Source: an uncultured delta proteobacterium (GTDB taxonomy: Bacteria; Myxococcota_A; UBA9160; UBA4427). From it: DNA of 64,000 nucleotides. A program made the position numbers and the translations under genes. The notes under the pieces are model-generated. The model did no database searches, was not told the origin of the DNA, and worked only from the letters and a program-made list of their open reading frames with translations. Shown piece after piece: positions 21,402 through 29,163 of this stretch; positions within the stretch are counted from its first letter, which is position 1; each line of letters starts with the position of its first letter. The stretch is from assembly GCA_963822965.1 (NCBI GenBank), contig CAWGJT010000005.1, positions 416,001-480,000 of the forward strand, given 5' to 3'.

Positions 21402-22873
21402 CCCTTCACGTTTCCCACCGGCACCAGGTGTGCGACGCGCCGCGAGAGCCCAGCCTGCTCGGTCGCCTCCGCCACCGCGTCCACATCCTTGTAGGCGAAT
21501 CCCGCCTCCTCGGCGAGGCCGGACAGGCTGGCGGTCCGCACGAGGATGCCGCGGGCCGCCATGCGGTCCTGCAGCTCGCGACCCTTCACCAGCCGGCGCG
21601 CTCTGCGTCGGCTCATGGTACGGCCGCTGCCATGGGCGGTGCTGCAGAAGCTGGCGGCAGCGCCCTCGGTGCCCGCCAGCACGTAGGAGCCGGTCTCCAT
21701 GCTACCCCCGATGATCACCGGCTGTCCGGTGACGCGATAGGCGGGGGGCAGCTCCGTGTGCCCCGGCGGCAGCGCCCGGGTAGCTCCCTTGCGGTGCACC
21801 AGAAGCTGCCGCTCGCGGCCGTGGATGCGATGCGACTCGAGCTTCGCCGTGTTGTGCGAGACGTCGTAGACGTTTCGCAGGCCGAGCGACCCGGGAGCGC
21901 GCCCGAGCACCTCGGAGAAGACCTCGATCACCCGGTGTTGGATCACCTGCCGGTTGGCGAACGACATATTGGCCGCCGCGCACATGGCGCCGTAGTAGGC
22001 CTGGCCCTCGTCCGACGAGAACGGCGCGCAGGCGAGCTCGCGGTCGATCACCTCGAGCCCGAACTTCGGCTTCATCTTGCGCAGGAAGAGCTGCAGGTGG
22101 TCGGTGGCCACCTGGTGGCCGAGCCCACGGCTTCCGCAGTGGAACATCACCACCACCTGCTCGGGCCGGTCGAGCCCGAAGGCGGAGGCGACCTCGGCGT
22201 CGAAGGTTCCCTCCGGCCGCAGCACCTGGATCTCGAGGTAGTGGTTGCCCGAGCCGAGGGTGCCGAGCTGACGGTGGCCGCGTTCGCGGGCGCGTTCGCT
22301 CACGCACCCGGGCAGGGCTCCGGGGAAGCGGCCCCTCGCCTCGGTGTGATCGAGGTCGGCTTCGCAGCCGAAGCCGTGGTCCACCGCCCAGCGCGCCCCG
22401 TGTACGAGCACGTCCTCGAATTCCGACTCGGACAGCCGCACGAAGCCCTGGGAGCCCACGCCGGCGGGAACGTGCTCGGCCAGGCGATCCACCAGGGCGC
22501 GCAGGACGGGCCGCACCTCGGGCCAGGTGAGGTCGCTGCGCAGCAGCCGCATGCCGCAGTTGATGTCGAACCCGATGCCCCCGGGAGAGATCACGCCGTG
22601 GCGCGGGTCCATGGCCGCCACGCCCCCGATCGGAAAGCCGTAGCCCCAGTGGGCATCGGGCATGCAGAAGCTGGCCTCGACGATGCCCGGGAGCTTGGCG
22701 ACGTTCGCCGCCTGCTGGAAGACCTGGGCGTCCATCGCCCGCACCAGCTCCTTCGTTCCGAAGACACGGACCGGCACCCGCATCCCGTCCCGCCAGCTCG
22801 CGGGCAGCTCCCACAACGCCGGCCCGATCTCCCGCAGGTCGTCCGCGGCGTGGGTCGGGTCAGACTGGGCCAT
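21398..22873 (-). CDS. rtcB: RNA 2',3'-cyclic phosphate/5'-OH ligase RtcB (long, archease-associated type)
   Basis: MPDAHWGYGFPIGG, GGIGFDINCG, LGTLGSGNHYLE, HCGSRG, YDVSHN, VHRKGATR, STAHGSGR, EEAGFAYKD. Confidence 0.97.
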   Translation of the reverse strand: MAQSDPTHAADDLREIGPALWELPASWRDGMRVPVRVFGTKELVRAMDAQVFQQAANVAKLPGIVEASFCMPDAHWGYGFPIGGVAAMDPRHGVISPGGIGFDINCGMRLLRSDLTWPEVRPVLRALVDRLAEHVPAGVGSQGFVRLSESEFEDVLVHGARWAVDHGFGCEADLDHTEARGRFPGALPGCVSERARERGHRQLGTLGSGNHYLEIQVLRPEGTFDAEVASAFGLDRPEQVVVMFHCGSRGLGHQVATDHLQLFLRKMKPKFGLEVIDRELACAPFSSDEGQAYYGAMCAAANMSFANRQVIQHRVIEVFSEVLGRAPGSLGLRNVYDVSHNTAKLESHRIHGRERQLLVHRKGATRALPPGHTELPPAYRVTGQPVIIGGSMETGSYVLAGTEGAAASFCSTAHGSGRTMSRRRARRLVKGRELQDRMAARGILVRTASLSGLAEEAGFAYKDVDAVAEATEQAGLSRRVAHLVPVGNVKG

Positions 22874-22921
22874 CCACTCCTCTCGGGCCGGCTGTCGCAC
22901 GCGCGGGCCGACAAAATGAAA

Positions 22922-22937
22922 AGCAATCGGCGTGCCA
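22922..22937 (-). promoter_or_regulatory. sigma54 (-24/-12) promoter of the rtcB operon
   Basis: Minus strand reads TGGCACG-CCGA-TTGCT, a full match to TGGCACG-N4-TTGCW, about 50 nt upstream of the rtcB ATG. Confidence 0.85.
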
Positions 22938-23099
22938 GCTGTCCCGAACCGCCTCGCAGCAGCGGCAGCCGACGGGAGCCCGGCGATCGCTCGCCGCCGG
23001 GTCCCGGGGTGGGGCGCAGTGCCCCTGCGACCGGACACGATGGACAGGATGGTAGAGTGCACGATGTACCTGGAGCCGGGGGCAAGGAGGCTCGATCGA

Positions 23100-24722
23100 G
23101 TGCCCAGCGCCGATCCCCAGGGTGTCGACCGGTTCGATGCCATCGTCATCGGTGCCGGTATCGCCGGGATGTACCAGCTCGTCCGGCTGCGGGAGCTGGG
23201 CCTGTCGGTGCGGGTGTACGAGACCGGAACCGGCGTCGGCGGAACCTGGTACTGGAACCGCTATCCCGGCGCACGCTTCGACTCCGAGAGCTACAGCTAC
23301 GGGTACTCGTTCTCGAAGGAGCTCCTCCAGGAGTGGAGCTGGAGCGAGCACTTCGCCCCCCAGCCCGAGACCCTGCGCTACCTGGAGCACGTCGCCGACA
23401 AGTTCGACCTGCGGAGAGACATCTCCTTCGAGAGCCGCGTGAGCCGGGCCACCTTCGACGAGGGCGAGGGAGCCTGGGAGATCGAGACCGACGACGGTCG
23501 CCGGGCGCGGGCACGCTTCCTGATCACCGCGGTGGGCCCGCTCTCGGCACCGACCCTGCCGGTCTTCGAGGGCATGGACCGGTTCGAGGGCGAGTCCCAC
23601 CACACCGCCCGCTGGCCCCACACCCCCGTCGACTTCACGGGCAAGCGGGTGGGCGTGATCGGCACCGGGGCGACGGGCGTCCAGGTGATCCAGGAGATCG
23701 CCAAGACCGCCGGCCACCTCACGGTCTTCCAGCGCAGCCCCAACTACTGCGCGCCGCTCGGCAACCGTCCCATCGACGAGGCCACCCAGCGCGAGATCAA
23801 GGCGAGCTACGACGAGATCTTCCGGAAGTGCAGCGAGACCCACGGCGCGTTCCTGCACGGCTCCGACCCCCGATCCGTCTTCGAGGTCTCTCCCGCCGAG
23901 CGCGAAGCCTTCTGGGAAAGGCTCTACCACGAGCCGGGCTTCGGCATGTGGCTGGGCAACTTCCGGGACATCCTGATCGACCCCAGGGCCAACGAGCTCG
24001 TCACCGAGTTCGTGCGCCGGAAGATCCGGGAGCGCGTGAAGGACCCGGAGACGGCGGAGATGCTCGTCCCCAAGGACCACGGCTTCGGCACGCGGCGGGT
24101 GCCCATGGAGACCGGCTACTACGAGGTCTACAACCAGGACAACGTCCGCCTGGTGGACATCCGGAGCTCACCGATCCAGCGGATCATGCCCACCGGGCTC
24201 GAGACCGCCGACGCGGCCTACGAGCTGGACATCCTCGTCTACGCCACCGGCTTCGACGCGGTGACGGGCTCCTTCGATCGGATCGACATCCGCGGGGCGG
24301 GCGGACGCGCGCTGCGGGACAAGTGGGCGGACGGTCCGCGCACCTACCTCGGCCTGCAGGTGGCGGGCTTCCCCAACCTCCTCACCCTGGTAGGGCCCCA
24401 CAACGCGGCCACCTTCTGCAACATCCCCCGCTGCATCGAGCAGAACGTGGACTGGGTGACGGCCCTGATCCGCCACATGCGCGAGCGGGGCTACGAGCGG
24501 GTCGAAGCCACCGAGGCCGCCGAGGACGAGTGGACCCGGCACGTCTACGAGATCGCGGCGATGACGCTCCTCTCGAAGACGGCTTCCTGGTTCACCGGCG
24601 TGAACCAGAACCTGCCCGAGAAGAATCGGACCTTCTACGCGTACGCGGGCGGATCGCCCGCCTACGGCGCGCGCTGTGACGAGGTGGCCGCCGACGGCTA
24701 CCGGGGCTTCGTGCTGCACTAG
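23100..24722 (+). CDS. Baeyer-Villiger (flavin-containing) monooxygenase, cyclohexanone/steroid monooxygenase-like
   Basis: GAGIAG, GGTWYWNRYPGAR, FEGESHHTARWP fingerprint, GTGATGVQ, ATGFD. Confidence 0.93.
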   Translation: MPSADPQGVDRFDAIVIGAGIAGMYQLVRLRELGLSVRVYETGTGVGGTWYWNRYPGARFDSESYSYGYSFSKELLQEWSWSEHFAPQPETLRYLEHVADKFDLRRDISFESRVSRATFDEGEGAWEIETDDGRRARARFLITAVGPLSAPTLPVFEGMDRFEGESHHTARWPHTPVDFTGKRVGVIGTGATGVQVIQEIAKTAGHLTVFQRSPNYCAPLGNRPIDEATQREIKASYDEIFRKCSETHGAFLHGSDPRSVFEVSPAEREAFWERLYHEPGFGMWLGNFRDILIDPRANELVTEFVRRKIRERVKDPETAEMLVPKDHGFGTRRVPMETGYYEVYNQDNVRLVDIRSSPIQRIMPTGLETADAAYELDILVYATGFDAVTGSFDRIDIRGAGGRALRDKWADGPRTYLGLQVAGFPNLLTLVGPHNAATFCNIPRCIEQNVDWVTALIRHMRERGYERVEATEAAEDEWTRHVYEIAAMTLLSKTASWFTGVNQNLPEKNRTFYAYAGGSPAYGARCDEVAADGYRGFVLH

Positions 24723-24883
24723 AGGCCCGGCCGAAAAGTGCGACCTGCATTCGAGCGCCCCTGCGACGCCCTGCCTGCGTTGCGCTCCCATCCCCGTAGC
24801 TTCGGCTACGCCTCGGTCGCGCGCCCTGCCAGGACGCCGCAGATGACGCTCTCGGTGCCGCGGTACACTTTCCGGCCGGGCCT
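24723..24883. mobile_element. MITE-like hairpin element B
   Basis: TIRs AGGCCCGGCCGAAAAGTG / CACTTTCCGGCCGGGCCT (17/18 match); CTAG on both sides (24719-22 includes the BVMO stop; 24884-87). Confidence 0.8.
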
Positions 24884-24885
24884 CT

Positions 24886-25065
24886 AGCCCGGATTGTTCA
24901 TGAGCGCTCTGCTGCGGACGCCAATGGCGCCGCATCTTCGGGACCTTCTCTCTGCGTCGATCCTCGACGTGCTGATAGCACGCCTCCGGTCGACTCCGGT
25001 CCGAGGGCCCCGAATCTGCAGCACTCTTGGCGCCCTCGCGACGAGCTTCATGAATAATACGGGCT
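24886..25065. mobile_element. MITE-like hairpin element C abutting element B
   Basis: TIRs AGCCCGGATTGTTCATGA / TCATGAATAATACGGGCT (16/18 match); internal hairpin CGTGCT-GAT-AGCACG. Confidence 0.7.
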
Positions 25066-25086
25066 GGCCGTGGGTGGCAGCGGCGA

Positions 25087-25971
25087 TCAGAGCGCACCCA
25101 GCCGCTCGCGCAGAGCGGCCAGCTCGGGGCGGAGCCAGCTCGCCGCCAGCGCGAAGCCGGGCGGCAGCAGGCACAGCACGAGGAAGACGCCCGCCACCGC
25201 CTCGAGCGGCACGCCGAAGAACTCGTCGGCCAGCCGCGAGAAGTCCATCCAGTGGCCGCCGCCCTTGGCCGCGGCGTACATCTCGCGCTGGAAGGAGCTC
25301 GTCACGAGCCCGAACGCGAAGCGGAGACCGTGGAACACGACGTGGAATCCGACCCACGCGTACAGCACCCGCTCGGCGGCGTGGTGGCAGGCCCGGCCGC
25401 TGAGCGCGCGGTGGAGGAAGAGGCCGGCGAAGAAGAGCTCGGCGCCGTGGCCCATGGCGATCATCACGACCTCGTGGCCGGCCGTGAACACGAGGACGCT
25501 GTAAAGGGCGATCGTCGCGACGACCCCGCCGAGGCTCAGGGGATTCCTGCGGAACACCCAGGCGCAGGCCACGAGCAGCGCGTAGACGCCGACCACGATC
25601 GCGGGAACCTGCTTCTGGTGCAACGTGACGCCGCCGCCGTAGCTGAAGTCGAAGGCGGGAATCGAGGGAACCCCGAAGAGCCAGCCCGCGAGCGCGTGAC
25701 CGAGCTCGTGCACGAGCACCACGAAGTAGCCGACCAGAACGCGCAGGAAGGGCAACGCCTCCGTGAGGAGCGCCAGCCCCATGCCCGAGCCGAAGGCCAC
25801 CCAGCCCGCGCGTTCGACGCCGCGCCGGACGGGCTCGTCGTCCTCCATCGCGAAGACGGGGACGCGTTCTGCGGACTGCTCCAGATGCAAGGTCCCGACC
25901 GCTCCTCTCCGGGAAGCATCGGCAGGACGGGAGCCCGGTTTGAGCGGGCGGCACGCGCCGGGGGACCGCAC
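25087..25971 (-). CDS. Membrane zinc metallopeptidase (M50-like); start uncertain
   Basis: VLVHELGH within multiple TM helices, GGGVT. Confidence 0.7.
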   Translation of the reverse strand: MRSPGACRPLKPGSRPADASRRGAVGTLHLEQSAERVPVFAMEDDEPVRRGVERAGWVAFGSGMGLALLTEALPFLRVLVGYFVVLVHELGHALAGWLFGVPSIPAFDFSYGGGVTLHQKQVPAIVVGVYALLVACAWVFRRNPLSLGGVVATIALYSVLVFTAGHEVVMIAMGHGAELFFAGLFLHRALSGRACHHAAERVLYAWVGFHVVFHGLRFAFGLVTSSFQREMYAAAKGGGHWMDFSRLADEFFGVPLEAVAGVFLVLCLLPPGFALAASWLRPELAALRERLGAL

Positions 25972-26051
25972 CGGGAGGGGCGGCGCCGGCAGAGGCCCCC
26001 GGAGCCCCGTCGGGCGGCGTCAGCCCGTCGCCGAGCCGGCACGCCCGACGG

Positions 26052-26099
26052 CTCGTTCGGTGACTCGTTCGGTGACTCGTTCGGTGACTCATTCGGTGA
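26052..26099. repeat. 12-bp tandem repeat x4 (CTC[G/A]TTCGGTGA)
   Basis: CTCGTTCGGTGA x3 then CTCATTCGGTGA, the last unit containing the stop codon of 26089..26979. Confidence 0.95.
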
Positions 26100-26979
26100 A
26101 GAGCGCATTGAGCTCGGCGAAGGGTGCGCTGCTCGACGCGAACGAGAAGGTGCCTTCCCGGCGGATCTCCAGGGCGGCGCGTCGCAGCGCACCGATCGCG
26201 GCGCGGGCGAGGCTCGACCCGAGGCTCACGCGCGAGACGCCGAGGGCGGAGAGCTCGGCGAGCGATCCCTCGAAGCCGACCAGCCCCATCAGCACGTTGA
26301 CCGGCCGGTCGACGGACGCCAGCAGCGAAGCGATGTCCGCTCGAGTCGCGAGGCCCGGGGCATAGAGGACGTCGGCGCCCGCCTCCTGGAACGCCTGGAG
26401 CCGCTGCACGACGTCGGCGAGGTCGCCCTGCCCGTACAGCAACCCGTCGGCGCGTGCGGTCAGGACGAACGGGAGCCCGAGCGCCCGCTTCGACTCGACG
26501 GCCGCGCGGACGCGATCGACGGCGGCGGCGAGGTCGGCGATGGGACGGTCCGGGGAGCCCGTCGTGTCTTCGATCGAGGCGCCGGCGAGCCCCGCTTCGG
26601 CGGCCCGACGAATGGCGTCGGAGACGTCCTCGGGCCTCGGCCCAAAGCCGTTCTCGAGATCGCCGCTCACCGGCAGGGTCGTCGCATCCGCGATCGCCCG
26701 AGCGTTGGCGAGGGTCTCCTCCGCGCCGACGGCGCCGCGACCGTCGGGTCGCGCGAGCGAGAAGGCGAGGCCCGCGCTCGTCGTCCCGATGGCCTCGAAG
26801 CCGAGCGACTCGAGGAGCACCGCCGAGCCGCGGTCCCAGGCGTTCGCCATCACGAAGCAGCCCGTCCGCTCGTGCAGCGCGCGGAATCGCGCCGCCCTCT
26901 CGTGGCGAGCCGCCCGGTCCGAGGCGCGCTCGTCGCCCGGTGCGGCGGCTCCCCGGGTCGACGCTTCCTGCGCGCCCAT
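26089..26979 (-). CDS. Isocitrate lyase/PEP mutase family protein
   Basis: ANAWDRGSA, IGTTSAGLAF, PVSGDLENGFG, GASIED, LTARAD, AGADVLYAPG. Confidence 0.92.
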   Translation of the reverse strand: MGAQEASTRGAAAPGDERASDRAARHERAARFRALHERTGCFVMANAWDRGSAVLLESLGFEAIGTTSAGLAFSLARPDGRGAVGAEETLANARAIADATTLPVSGDLENGFGPRPEDVSDAIRRAAEAGLAGASIEDTTGSPDRPIADLAAAVDRVRAAVESKRALGLPFVLTARADGLLYGQGDLADVVQRLQAFQEAGADVLYAPGLATRADIASLLASVDRPVNVLMGLVGFEGSLAELSALGVSRVSLGSSLARAAIGALRRAALEIRREGTFSFASSSAPFAELNALFTE

Positions 26980-27309
26980 TCACTTCCCCTCGCAGGACGC
27001 ATCGGAGGACACGCCGCGCAGGAAGCTTCGCTCCTCCCGGAGGATGAGCCGGTGCTGCTCGGCGAACGCGAAGTTCGCGCGCCCGTCGTCGTCCTCGCGC
27101 AGGCGCGCCCGGTAGGCCTCGTAGGCGGCGAGACTCTCGAACGAGACCACCCCGTAGGCCACGTCGTTCGTGCCTTCGCAGGGCATGAAGTAGCCGAGCA
27201 GATCGCCCCCGCAGCGGGGGATGATGCGCGCCCAGCGGCGCGCGTACGCCTCGAACTCGGCCTTCTGGAACGGATCGATCTGGTAACGGATGAAGCAGGT
27301 CACGCCCAT
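26980..27309 (-). CDS. NIPSNAP family protein
   Basis: [47 protein letters not shown]. Confidence 0.88.
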   Translation of the reverse strand: MGVTCFIRYQIDPFQKAEFEAYARRWARIIPRCGGDLLGYFMPCEGTNDVAYGVVSFESLAAYEAYRARLREDDDGRANFAFAEQHRLILREERSFLRGVSSDASCEGK

Positions 27310-27373
27310 GGCGGTCTCCGGCTGCGTTCGATGCAGCGATCGTGACGAGCCACGCTAGCCGTGGTCGAGCGCT

Positions 27374-27399
27374 CACACTTCGTCTAGCGTCGAAGTGTG
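27374..27399. promoter_or_regulatory. Probable ArsR operator CACACTTCG-N8-CGAAGTGTG overlapping a -10-like TAGCGT and the arsR start
   Basis: Perfect 9-bp inverted arms between divergent genes. Confidence 0.7.
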
Positions 27400-28107
27400 G
27401 GCGGCCCTCCGGACATCGCCTCGATCGCCTCGCTGGTGGGCCATGCCGCCCGAGCGCGCATCCTGCTCGCCCTGATGGGCGGGCGGGCGCTGACCGCCAC
27501 CGAGCTCGCCCTCGAGGCCGACGTCACCCCGCAGACGGCCAGCGCCCACCTCGCCAAGCTCGAGTCCGCGCGGCTGATCCGCGTCCAGCGTCAGGGCCGC
27601 CATCGCTACTTCGCGCTCGCCGATCGCACGGTCGCCCAGCTGATCGAGAAGCTCTGCGGCGTCGCCGCGCGCGACACCTCGTCGAAGCTGCGCACGGGTC
27701 CCCGCGATCCCGCGCTGCGCGAGGCGCGCGTCTGCTACGACCATCTCGCGGGCGAGCGCGCCGTCCAGCTCTACGACGCCCTGCTCGCGCGGGGCCGGCT
27801 CGCCCTCGACGGTCGCCACGGCGACGGACTGCGCGTGACCCCGGCGGGCGAGCGCTTCTTCGAGGGCCTCGGCGTCGACATGGACGCGCTGGCGCGCGCC
27901 CGCCGCCCCACCTGCCGCCCCTGCCTGGACTGGAGCGTGCGCCGCCACCACCTGGCCGGTGGGCTCGGCGCCGCCCTGCTCGAGACGATCTTCGCGCGTC
28001 GCTGGGCGCGGCGGCACCCGGCCTCGCGGGCGGTCGTCTTCCCGGCCGGCGGGCGCGAGAAGCTCGAGCGCGCGTTCGAGCTGCGCGCCCTTCCCAAGGC
28101 GAGTTGA
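27397..28107 (+). CDS. ArsR/SmtB-family transcriptional regulator (extended C-terminus)
   Basis: RARILLALMGGRALTATELA, QTASAHLAKL, QGRHRYF, ARVCYDHLAG, CLDWSVRRHHLAG. Confidence 0.92.
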   Translation: MGGPPDIASIASLVGHAARARILLALMGGRALTATELALEADVTPQTASAHLAKLESARLIRVQRQGRHRYFALADRTVAQLIEKLCGVAARDTSSKLRTGPRDPALREARVCYDHLAGERAVQLYDALLARGRLALDGRHGDGLRVTPAGERFFEGLGVDMDALARARRPTCRPCLDWSVRRHHLAGGLGAALLETIFARRWARRHPASRAVVFPAGGREKLERAFELRALPKAS

Positions 28108-28144
28108 CGCCCAAGGCGAGTTGACGGCCGAAGGCGAGCTGACG
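28093..28144. repeat. 17-18-bp tandem repeat x3 (CCCAAGGCGAGTTGACG) spanning the arsR stop
   Basis: CCCAAGGCGAGTTGACG x2 then GCCGAAGGCGAGCTGACG. Confidence 0.9.
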
Positions 28145-28209
28145 GCGGGACGCCTTCGCGCAGCTTCCAGTAGTCGAGGTGCCGGCCCCGGAAGAGGCCG
28201 TCGCCCCCG

Positions 28210-28572
28210 CTACTCGCTGACCCAGCGCTTGGCTTCGGCGAGCTCGCCGTCGTGGAACACGCGAACGTGCCCGGGAATCGCGAGCCCGAAGAGCCGGACG
28301 GTCGTGCGGATCCACTCGACGTCGGAGACCAGGGCCATTCGCTCCCAGCCCGTGATGTGCTTGAGGCCCAGCTTCGCGTCGTCCCAGGCGGCGCCCGCCT
28401 CGACCCCCGCGAAGTCGTCGCCGAGGTGATAGAGGAAGCGGATCTTGCCGTGGCGCGCGAGCAGCGCCTCCACGGCGGGGACGATGACGGACTCGTAGTC
28501 GTTCGCGGTCAGGGTTCCCTTGGCCCTGAAGCCGAGGACGTTCTCGGGGAGATCGGGGATTCGCTCGACCAT
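28210..28572 (-). CDS. STAS/SEC14 (SpoIIAA-like) domain protein
   Basis: NVLGFRAKGTLTANDY, AAWDDAKLG, ERMALVSDVEW, EAKRWV. Confidence 0.88.
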   Translation of the reverse strand: MVERIPDLPENVLGFRAKGTLTANDYESVIVPAVEALLARHGKIRFLYHLGDDFAGVEAGAAWDDAKLGLKHITGWERMALVSDVEWIRTTVRLFGLAIPGHVRVFHDGELAEAKRWVSE

Positions 28573-28755
28573 GTCTCGATTCCTGCCGGGGGGGGTTCTC
28601 TTTGAGGCGAGGCCGTGTCGGCCGCGACGCCGCCAGATGGCAGGAACGTACCATGGATCTCCGGACGAACGAAAGCCGGCGACCTCCGCTTCGGGGAGAT
28701 GCGCCGGCTTCGTCGCCTGGCATCGTCCGGCGCGAGGCCGGATCGACGGTGGGGG

Positions 28756-28959
28756 TCAGGCGGCGTACTTCCGCTTCGCCTGGATCTTCCCGTTCCTTCC
28801 CTTGATCTTGAGCATGCCGCCGGCCCGCTTGGCGAGCGAGCGAGCCTTGCGCACGGCGACGTCCTTCTTCCGGTGCGTGCTCTCGGGGCTCTTCTTGCCC
28901 TCGCGCTGGACCATCCAACCATCCGGTGAGCTACGAACGACGAAGGAATTCTTCGGCAT
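28756..28959 (-). CDS. DUF2188-family small basic protein
   Basis: GWMVQREG..S..H.KK..AV..AR..A....L.I.GRNGKIQ pattern; GGAGG RBS. Confidence 0.85.
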   Translation of the reverse strand: MPKNSFVVRSSPDGWMVQREGKKSPESTHRKKDVAVRKARSLAKRAGGMLKIKGRNGKIQAKRKYAA

Positions 28960-29163
28960 GGTGTTGCCTCCTTTTTTCGGCTCCCATCGTCCGCAGATCG
29001 CACGGCGGAGCCGTCGAATGCATCGACCCGACGAGAGGGCCGCTTGAGGGGGAGCACGTCACCGAGCCGTGTTGCCGGACCTCTGCCGGCGCGCTCTGCG
29101 GCAACTCGGGCGCAGCATGCGCGGCGAAGGCTCCCGTTCCCGGGGCGTCCGACGCGGGACATC

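Noticed and set aside
21428..24679. Long antisense/alternate-frame ORFs (this 1083-aa ORF, also 58446..60938, 55775..58453, 24884..27376)
   Set aside because: Shadow ORFs of real genes in high-GC DNA; Arg/Pro/Gly-rich or antisense-typical composition with no recognisable motifs.
16990..25065. Composite transposon carrying the rtcB operon and BVMO between the MITEs
   Set aside because: The flanking elements have different TIRs, each has its own local target duplication, and no transposase is present.
26052..26099. Possible CRISPR array (also 28093-28144)
   Set aside because: Units are 12 and 17-18 bp, directly adjacent with no spacers, and there are no cas genes.
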